A stretch of 56,706 bases of DNA from an uncultured virus (IMG/VR IMGVR_UViG_3300020461_000002) (taxonomy: Duplodnaviria; Heunggongvirae; Uroviricota; Caudoviricetes), in IMG/VR virus record IMGVR_UViG_3300020461_000002; one strand, given 5' to 3'. Position 1 is the first letter of the stretch. Every line of letters starts with the position of its first letter. The position numbers and the translations under genes are program-made. A model generated the notes under the pieces. The model worked only from the letters and a program-made list of their open reading frames with translations. It was not told the DNA's origin and ran no database searches. Of this stretch, positions 10,017-16,669 are shown piece by piece.

Positions 10017-10414
10017 AAAAATCCAAAGTTTTTGATGGATATGATTTATCTGGAGTCACATCTTTGCATGGACTTTCTTTGGAGCAATATTATGCACTAT
10101 TGAAATATCAAAACTTCAGATGTCCTATTAGTGGATTTAAATTTGTTTATGATAGTGATAAAAAAAGATTCATTGATAGTAGAGATGGCACTTGGGTCAC
10201 TGCAAAAGGAAAACCAATTCCTAGAAAAGCACCACCTTTAGATCATGATCATAAAACTGGATATATAAGAGGATTATTGTCAGAAAACCTTAATCTCTTA
10301 GAAACCCAGTGGAGACATGGAACATATGGTTCTATTATGGAACCTGTTGAACTAATGATTTATCGTAATGATCCACCCGCTTATAAATGTATAGGAAAGA
10401 TTGAATTCAAATGA
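10013..10414 (+). CDS. Endonuclease VII-like (His-Me finger) protein
   Basis: Q...CPIS, LDHDHKTGYIRGLL...N motif. Confidence 0.75.
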   Translation: MKKSKVFDGYDLSGVTSLHGLSLEQYYALLKYQNFRCPISGFKFVYDSDKKRFIDSRDGTWVTAKGKPIPRKAPPLDHDHKTGYIRGLLSENLNLLETQWRHGTYGSIMEPVELMIYRNDPPAYKCIGKIEFK

Positions 10415-10872
10415 AAAAGACTCGTTACTACATTGAAATTGTCATGCCTGGTGGTGAGCACCATGACTGGTATGATGTTTGTGCTTCTGCTCCTACTCCT
10501 TTATATAAGGATAAAACTACTGGAGAAACGTATTGTTATGAATTTTCTGAAGATACCTCTTGGGCACATAATAGAGATGAAAATAATTGTTGGCGTTGGC
10601 CAGTAAAATTGATTAGAGTTGAAGAGGTTGAAATCACTGAAGAAGTTGTAGAATTAAAACCTGGAAAATCTCAAAAGATTCAATGGAAAAGTAGTAACAA
10701 GGGTGGTAATGGTAAAAATGTAACATTAAATCCAAAACCCTCTAATGTTACTAAAAATCCTGGACCAGTTAGGTATTATGATAAAGTTGAGGAGGATGGT
10801 TTTACTAGACCAAATAAACCAAAAAATAATCCTCCAAAGGGAACTATTGTTGGAATTTTTACTGGAGTGTGA
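10411..10872 (+). CDS. Hypothetical protein
   Basis: 153-aa ORF, ATGA-coupled. Confidence 0.65.
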   Translation: MKKTRYYIEIVMPGGEHHDWYDVCASAPTPLYKDKTTGETYCYEFSEDTSWAHNRDENNCWRWPVKLIRVEEVEITEEVVELKPGKSQKIQWKSSNKGGNGKNVTLNPKPSNVTKNPGPVRYYDKVEEDGFTRPNKPKNNPPKGTIVGIFTGV

Positions 10873-10878
10873 ATTCAA

Positions 10879-11013
10879 ATGAGAACACAAAATAAGGAAA
10901 ACTATTATTACTGGTTCTGGATTATTGCTATGATTGCATTCATAGTTCCTCAGATATTCACTGCCTGGGCTTACATAAATATTGTCAACATTATGAAAAC
11001 CTGGTCTTTCTAA
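10879..11013 (+). CDS. Small membrane protein (44 aa, not in ORF track)
   Basis: MRTQNKENYYYWFWIIAMIAFIVPQIFTAWAY...; TAATG coupling to next gene. Confidence 0.6.
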   Translation: MRTQNKENYYYWFWIIAMIAFIVPQIFTAWAYINIVNIMKTWSF

Positions 11014-11210
11014 TGGCAAATAAGACTACACCTAAAAATGTACAGGAAGCAAATGAAGCACTCTTTCATGCTAAAATGACATTACCTGCTGCTGCAGAAC
11101 ACTGTGGTATGACTCAAAAGGAAATGAAAATGACCTTCTGGGAATATTTAAAATACAATGAACCTGATTATGAAATCACTAAAAACACCGTTGAGATATC
11201 CAGGGGGTAA
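11013..11210 (+). CDS. Small hypothetical protein, possible HTH
   Basis: MTLPAAAEHCGMTQKEMK resembles an HTH. Confidence 0.65.
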   Translation: MANKTTPKNVQEANEALFHAKMTLPAAAEHCGMTQKEMKMTFWEYLKYNEPDYEITKNTVEISRG

Positions 11211-12048
11211 ATCCCGTGCTTGCGTAAAGATGGATCAGTGGTTTCCTGATCTTAGAGATTATAAAGAGTATCGTGAACCTTTTCTTGGTGGTGGTAGTGT
11301 TGCTATTCACATCACGAAGAAATATCCTCATCTAGATATTTGGGTAAACGATCTATATGAACCTCTATATAACTTCTGGAGAGTTCTTCAAGATGATGGT
11401 TATAACCTATATAAACGGTTGCAGGAACTCAAATCAAGATATCCTGACCAAGCATCTGCGAAAGGATTATTCTTAGAAGCAAAGGATGTAGTGAGCAATT
11501 ATGATGAATCAAATCTATTCCGTGCTACTGCTTTTTACGTTGTTAACAAGTGTAGCTTTAGTGGTCTCACTGAATCCTCATCATTCAGCAAACAAGCAAG
11601 CGTTTCAAACTTCTCAATGAGAGGCATCGAAAAACTACCAGGATATACTCAAATAATTAAAAACTGGAAAATTACCAATTGGTCTTATGAATCACTCCTT
11701 ACTGATGACAAAGAGTGCTTTACCTACCTTGATCCGCCCTATGACATTGGAAGTAATCTCTATGGAAAGCGGGGGAGTATGCATAGGGGGTTCAACCATG
11801 ATGATTTTGCTGCCGATTGTGATCGCTATATCGGTAACCAACTTATTTCTTACAATTCGTCTCAACTTGTTAAAGAACGATTCAAGGAATATGAAGTAAG
11901 TGAGTTTGAACTTACTTATACGATGCGTTCTGTAGGTGAATACATGCGCGAACAAAAGCAACGAAAGGAACTTTTACTTTTTAATTATGAACCCAGAACT
12001 GAAAGATTGGTTGAACAGCATCAATCAGACCAAGAAGAATCTGATTGA
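11170..12048 (+). CDS. dam: DNA adenine methyltransferase (D12/Dam class)
   Basis: PLRYPGGKS, EPFLGGGS, YLDPPY. Confidence 0.92.
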   Translation: MKSLKTPLRYPGGKSRACVKMDQWFPDLRDYKEYREPFLGGGSVAIHITKKYPHLDIWVNDLYEPLYNFWRVLQDDGYNLYKRLQELKSRYPDQASAKGLFLEAKDVVSNYDESNLFRATAFYVVNKCSFSGLTESSSFSKQASVSNFSMRGIEKLPGYTQIIKNWKITNWSYESLLTDDKECFTYLDPPYDIGSNLYGKRGSMHRGFNHDDFAADCDRYIGNQLISYNSSQLVKERFKEYEVSEFELTYTMRSVGEYMREQKQRKELLLFNYEPRTERLVEQHQSDQEESD

Positions 12049-12373
12049 AGAAGATTCTTCTATAGAAAAAACATACCCTCCATACATTGTCAATCGTTGC
12101 CTCTCTGGACATCTTGATTGTATTATGTTCGTGAATGAAATGAATAAGTATAATTTTCTTCCAAAGAGGATGCAATATGAATTTTTGCTAAATAGTCTGA
12201 GGAAAAAGAAGAGGTTTTCTCCCTGGCTCCGACAAGATAAGATCGAAGATCTTGATTATGTCAAACGTTATTATGGTTATAGTAATGAGAAGGCAAAACA
12301 GGCTCTGAAAATTCTTACAAAAGAACAACTTAATTTTATTAAATCGAAATTTGACATTGGAGGAAAAAGATGA
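11987..12373 (+). CDS. gp62: Clamp loader small subunit
   Basis: YPPYIVNRCLS, RKKKRFSPW, YYGYSNEKA; upstream of regA. Confidence 0.92.
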   Translation: MNPELKDWLNSINQTKKNLIEEDSSIEKTYPPYIVNRCLSGHLDCIMFVNEMNKYNFLPKRMQYEFLLNSLRKKKRFSPWLRQDKIEDLDYVKRYYGYSNEKAKQALKILTKEQLNFIKSKFDIGGKR

Positions 12374-12813
12374 GTGTGGTTCAAGAAAGCGAAGTAAAGT
12401 GGAAACCCGATCAAATGGTTGAGGTTCTCCTCGGAGAACCAGACGATTTTTTAAAAGTTCGTGAAACTTTAACGAGAATCGGAGTCGCATCGAGAAAGGA
12501 AAAGAAAATCTATCAGAGTTGTCATATTCTTCACAAGCAAGGAAGATATTTTCTTGTTCACTTCAAAGAACTATTTGCATTAGATGGAAAGCACGCGAAT
12601 TTGACAGTTAATGATGTTCAGCGTCGTAATCGTATTGCACAACTCCTTGCTGATTGGGGTTTGATTGAAATTGTTGATGTATCTAAGATTCAAGATATTG
12701 CACCTTTAAACCAAATAAAAGTGCTTGCCTATAAAGACAAGCACGATTGGGTTTTAGAAACCAAGTATAATATTGGATCTAAGAAGAAAAAAGTTGAAGA
12801 AACTCCTACGTGA
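12370..12813 (+). CDS. regA: Translational repressor RegA
   Basis: PDDFLKVRETLTRIGVAS, QSCHILHKQG, HFKELF. Confidence 0.96.
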   Translation: MSVVQESEVKWKPDQMVEVLLGEPDDFLKVRETLTRIGVASRKEKKIYQSCHILHKQGRYFLVHFKELFALDGKHANLTVNDVQRRNRIAQLLADWGLIEIVDVSKIQDIAPLNQIKVLAYKDKHDWVLETKYNIGSKKKKVEETPT

Positions 12814-12857
12814 ATTTGGGTCTGACATCAGGACCATTTGGGTCTGACATCAGGACC
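12814..12857. repeat. Perfect 22-nt tandem duplication
   Basis: ATTTGGGTCTGACATCAGGACC at 12814-12835 and 12836-12857. Confidence 0.95.
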
Positions 12858-13856
12858 ATCACCCACGAACATCATACGTTTTGGATTAGATGCTCCACCC
12901 ATAAACTGTTCACTATTTGACCATTTATAATAGCATTCTTGGAATTTTTCTGGAGACATCCAAGAATGACTAATAACTTGAGAAAGTCTTAATAGGTCTT
13001 CTGGAAAGTTTTGACTAACATTAGGTCTGTGAAAATAAAGTCCAGGATAGAAAGTGCAAGTGTTATATTCTGCTGGAATAGTAAACCATTTATCCCATTC
13101 TTCTGAAGTATTCTCTTCTTGATTCCATATACCATTCTTTGAAAACCTCGGCTCAAACTGAATCATAGCAGTATCTTGTACTGGCATTTCTTGCTCAGTA
13201 TCATTATTATAGTGAGTAAAAAATTCTTCAATTAATTCTACATTATCACTATTTCGTTCGATAAATTGTTGTACATAAAATACTGGATCATGGTTTTTAA
13301 ATCTATAAGTGAAAAAATCTGTTCCATCTGGAACATCTTTTGACAACCAAATATTAAAACCCAGATTAAATGTGTCAAAATGTGGAACTTGTGATGCCGC
13401 AGTCGCATTCATACCCTTCCAATAAAAATTATTATAACTATCCCAATAAACAAGATCAAATTCACTACCAACTTGCATATTGTTTTTTACTTTTTCTTCA
13501 GAAGTTAATTTAGATCTATGAGGAAATCCTCCTTTTTTTAAAGTAGAATGTAAATACATGTATATATGTCTTAGGGATTTACCTAAATCCATATTGCAAT
13601 ATGATTGTATTCCTGGAGAATTGCTATGAACAGACCTATCATAAAACTCAGATCTAATTTCTGATGGTTCAATCAAAGGATAGTTCTGATAGAATGCTGC
13701 AACTGCCTCAGGGTCTTTATAAAAGTTTTTAATTATTCCATATCTTAATTTTGATTTCTTTTCAATATAGAACTTTTCTTCTATCGATGGTGATAACTCA
13801 AAAATCTTTTTAATGTTATCTTCAGAAAATACTTTGTAATTATGCAGTAATCTCAT
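12828..13856 (-). CDS. Putative 2OG-Fe(II) oxygenase (DUF6445-like); only long credible minus-strand gene
   Basis: 342 aa; IIKNFYKDPE, PHFD, GTDFF, YNTCTFYPGLYFH, R.SQV. Confidence 0.7.
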   Translation of the reverse strand: MRLLHNYKVFSEDNIKKIFELSPSIEEKFYIEKKSKLRYGIIKNFYKDPEAVAAFYQNYPLIEPSEIRSEFYDRSVHSNSPGIQSYCNMDLGKSLRHIYMYLHSTLKKGGFPHRSKLTSEEKVKNNMQVGSEFDLVYWDSYNNFYWKGMNATAASQVPHFDTFNLGFNIWLSKDVPDGTDFFTYRFKNHDPVFYVQQFIERNSDNVELIEEFFTHYNNDTEQEMPVQDTAMIQFEPRFSKNGIWNQEENTSEEWDKWFTIPAEYNTCTFYPGLYFHRPNVSQNFPEDLLRLSQVISHSWMSPEKFQECYYKWSNSEQFMGGASNPKRMMFVGDGPDVRPKWS

Positions 13857-13934
13857 TACAAGTCAATATAGTAATTTATATCTTATATATGCACCTTTAC
13901 CAGAGGTCTTTGTGTAAAACCGAATAAAAAAATT

Positions 13935-13959
13935 ACGGGGTTCAACACTCCGTTTTTTT
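13935..13959 (+). terminator. Stem-loop/terminator followed by extended -10 promoter (TGCTATAAT)
   Basis: ACGGGGT-TCAAC-ACTCCGT plus T run; A run upstream suggests bidirectional use. Confidence 0.65.
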
Positions 13960-14034
13960 GTGCTATAATATAAATATATGTGATTGCCTTCGGGGATCAC
14001 ACAACACAAACTCGCTTTTAAAGGAGCTACCATA

Positions 14035-14469
14035 ATGGGAACTATTCAAAGGTTTCACAGTGCAGACTTGCCTTCTCTTATTGATCGTATAAATAAATAC
14101 AGCATTGGCATGGATGATTACTTTGATCGTCTTCAAACGCTGCATGAAACGACAAGCAATTATCCTCCATTTAATTTAATTCAAGTTAGTAACGTTGAAT
14201 CTAAACTTGAGTTAGCACTCGCAGGATTTAAAAAAGCAGAAGTCTATGTCTACACTCAAGACGGAAAACTCTTTGTCGAAGGACAAAAAGAAGATAAGGA
14301 AACAGAAGCAACATTCGTCCACAGAGGAGTGGCTCAGAGATCTTTCACCAGATCTTGGACCCTCTCAGATGAAACGGAAGTTAGATCAGTTGTATTTGAG
14401 GATGGGTTATTAACAATAACTCTTGGTAAGATTGTTCCCGAGCATCATCAAAGAAAAGATTATCTCTAA
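14035..14469 (+). CDS. hsp20: Small heat shock protein Hsp20
   Basis: NYPPFN, ELALAGF, HRGVAQRSF, DGLLTI; AAGGAG RBS. Confidence 0.95.
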   Translation: MGTIQRFHSADLPSLIDRINKYSIGMDDYFDRLQTLHETTSNYPPFNLIQVSNVESKLELALAGFKKAEVYVYTQDGKLFVEGQKEDKETEATFVHRGVAQRSFTRSWTLSDETEVRSVVFEDGLLTITLGKIVPEHHQRKDYL

Positions 14470-14487
14470 TTATTATTTTCATTTATC

Positions 14488-14745
14488 ATGAACAAAATTT
14501 TTATTGGACTTGCTGCACTTTTTATTTCTTCACCAGTCCTTGCTCATCCAAGAACTCCAAGAACAAGTTGGACGTATTCTTATCCTGAAAAGGATGTAAT
14601 GGTTCGGCGTGATTGGAAAAGATGTAAGAAAATTAAGTATGTTACTAAGTATGATAAGTATGGATGGTATACTGAACGTAAAGTTCTACCTTTAAGATCT
14701 TGCCATAAGCATAATGCAAGAATTAAGGTGATTATTAAGGACTAA
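14488..14745 (+). CDS. Hypothetical protein with signal peptide
   Basis: MNKIFIGLAALFISSPVLA signal-like N-terminus; basic body. Confidence 0.65.
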   Translation: MNKIFIGLAALFISSPVLAHPRTPRTSWTYSYPEKDVMVRRDWKRCKKIKYVTKYDKYGWYTERKVLPLRSCHKHNARIKVIIKD

Positions 14746-14772
14746 ATAAAATCGAATATCGTCGTCGCAGGC

Positions 14773-14824
14773 GAGGGGTAACTGGCACAATCCAGTTGAC
14801 ACCCCTCTTTTTTCTTGCTATAAT
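14773..14824 (+). promoter_or_regulatory. Terminator hairpin containing a consensus sigma70 promoter
   Basis: GAGGGGT/ACCCCTC stem plus T run; TTGACA 14796-14801, 17-nt spacer, TATAAT 14819-14824. Confidence 0.85.
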
Positions 14825-14846
14825 TATCAGAGGTTAAACATCAAAC

Positions 14847-15131
14847 ATGAATATAAAAATTGTTATTTTACCAACCGGTGAGCATCTTATTGCTAAAACT
14901 GGTGAGGCAACCAGAGAAATTGAAGGAGAAATTCAATTTATTGGTTATGTACTTACTGACCCAGAAGTACTTGGAGATAATCTCACACTAACTCCATGGG
15001 TAAATGGAACTTCTAATAATCAGTTTTTGATTATTCCCCAACAAGTTGTTACAATGTGCGATCCGACTGAAGAACTTGCTGAAAGTTACATTTCAAAAGT
15101 TGGTACAGATGGGTTACAAGAAAACGATTAA
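14847..15131 (+). CDS. Small beta-rich (Sm-like?) protein, paralog 1
   Basis: NIKIVILPTGEHLIAK...QFIGY...TPW...VTMCDP. Confidence 0.75.
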   Translation: MNIKIVILPTGEHLIAKTGEATREIEGEIQFIGYVLTDPEVLGDNLTLTPWVNGTSNNQFLIIPQQVVTMCDPTEELAESYISKVGTDGLQEND

Positions 15132-15164
15132 TACAATTAATTACTAAGAGGTTAAATTATTGAC

Positions 15165-15689
15165 ATGGAAGTACATCGCGTAAAACAAGAAAAACCAAAC
15201 TATTCTGAACTAAACATCAAAATTGTTGCACTTACTAGTGGTGAAAAAATTATTTGCCAAGTGAAAGAAGCAAAAAGAGAGGTTGAAGGGAAACCTCAAT
15301 TTATTGGTTATGTATTTCAAAATCCACAAAGTATTAATGTTGAAGTTCCTACAGTCTTGACAGAGAGTGCTGATTCGGAAACTAGAGTTACTTTTACGCC
15401 ATGGATGAATCTTTCTTCTGAAAAAGAATTTTTGGTAATTCCTGATAAGATTGTCACTATGTGTGAACCATTACAAGCGTTGTCAGAATTATTCCAAGAA
15501 AAAATTGGAGTTCATCCAGTTGCTGGTGCTGATGGCAACTTTGAAGGTGCTACTGTTAAGACCCGACTAAATCCTCCTGACAGTTGGGAACCAGAACCTA
15601 TCGATGAAGATGAAGAAGAACTTATGCAAGAGTTTGGTGTAATGGAAATTGAAGAGGTTAATGTTGAAGAGGTTTCTTCTGATGATTAA
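15165..15689 (+). CDS. Small beta-rich (Sm-like?) protein, paralog 2 with acidic tail
   Basis: NIKIVALTSGEKIICQ...QFIGY...TPW...VTMCEP. Confidence 0.75.
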   Translation: MEVHRVKQEKPNYSELNIKIVALTSGEKIICQVKEAKREVEGKPQFIGYVFQNPQSINVEVPTVLTESADSETRVTFTPWMNLSSEKEFLVIPDKIVTMCEPLQALSELFQEKIGVHPVAGADGNFEGATVKTRLNPPDSWEPEPIDEDEEELMQEFGVMEIEEVNVEEVSSDD

Positions 15690-15924
15690 GTGTTTAGTTC
15701 TTTTGAGTGGTACAGTATTAATCGGTAAAGTTGAAGAAGTTGCTGCTGAACTTGGTGATCCTAATTGCCAAGTTAGTGATTATTATGAGATAACATCGGA
15801 TGGCATAAAAAAGTGGTTGAACTTCACTAATGATGAAATTCTTATGCTCAGGTCGGAAAATATTCTAACAATTGTAGAACCTAACTTGCAAACGGTAAAA
15901 GAATATGAAAGTATTGAGCATTGA
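15682..15924 (+). CDS. Small beta-rich protein, diverged paralog 3
   Basis: IKCLVLLSGTVLIGKVEE...ILTIVEP. Confidence 0.7.
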   Translation: MIKCLVLLSGTVLIGKVEEVAAELGDPNCQVSDYYEITSDGIKKWLNFTNDEILMLRSENILTIVEPNLQTVKEYESIEH

Positions 15925-16669
15925 TCTTGATTATATAATGGAACCCTCCATTGAAATATATAATGATGTATTTTATGATCATAATCCCGAAACAAGGTGG
16001 CGTACTTTATTTGAACAAACACCCTTCAGAGATAATTCGTTTGAAATAAACATTTCAAATCTTATGTATTGTTTTAATACTTTTCTTAAGGCAATTAGAG
16101 AATGTGATAGTGTATCATTTGGTCTTTCTCATGATGCTATTCTGTTTGAATTAGATAATTATGAAGAACCGATTGATTTAATTAATATAGATCATCATGA
16201 TGACGTATGTAATGGTGATTATGTAGATCTCATGGGAGACATTAATGAAGGACTGAGTAAAGAATTTCATGAAATAGAATCAAGTGGTAGAGTCAATGAA
16301 GGAAACTGGATTGCTTATTTAAAGTTTAAAGAAAAATTAAATTCTTATACTTGGATTCGTAATGAAAATAGCAGAAATGTTGAGTGGACCCAGTTTAATA
16401 CTGAATTGATTGGAGAAGATAATTATATTCATACAACTAGAGATGGTTATCTTATTGATGAGAATGAAAAATTTGATCATGTATTTGTTTGCTTATCTCC
16501 TCAATATATACCACATAGATTTTGGCATTATTTTGCAATGTTTATCTCAGTTTATGAAGAGTTGAACGGACAACCTGCTAATGTAATATCAAAAACTTTT
16601 GAATCTGAACAACGTTATTTGAAAACATCCGATGAAATTTTACACGAATGTTCAATTGGTAGGGGATAA
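15905..16669 (+). CDS. UPF0489/arginase-fold-like putative metallohydrolase
   Basis: VLSIDLDY, H, LINIDHHDD, NEGNW, CLSPQY. Confidence 0.6.
   Translation: MKVLSIDLDYIMEPSIEIYNDVFYDHNPETRWRTLFEQTPFRDNSFEINISNLMYCFNTFLKAIRECDSVSFGLSHDAILFELDNYEEPIDLINIDHHDDVCNGDYVDLMGDINEGLSKEFHEIESSGRVNEGNWIAYLKFKEKLNSYTWIRNENSRNVEWTQFNTELIGEDNYIHTTRDGYLIDENEKFDHVFVCLSPQYIPHRFWHYFAMFISVYEELNGQPANVISKTFESEQRYLKTSDEILHECSIGRG

Larger units (their letters stand above)
9849..10882 (+). repeat. Four dispersed copies of the gp44 3'-end sequence (GGAGWG)TGARTTCAAATGA at gene junctions
   Basis: Copies at 9849-9867, 9998-10016, 10402-10414 (13-nt core only), 10864-10882. Confidence 0.85.

Noticed and set aside
11170..12048. 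Restriction-modification system around dam
   Set aside because: No adjacent cognate endonuclease; orphan Dam next to gp62 is ordinary in these phages.
14088..14095. TATAAATA late promoter inside hsp20
   Set aside because: It is intragenic and about 390 nt from the next start; probably a chance match.
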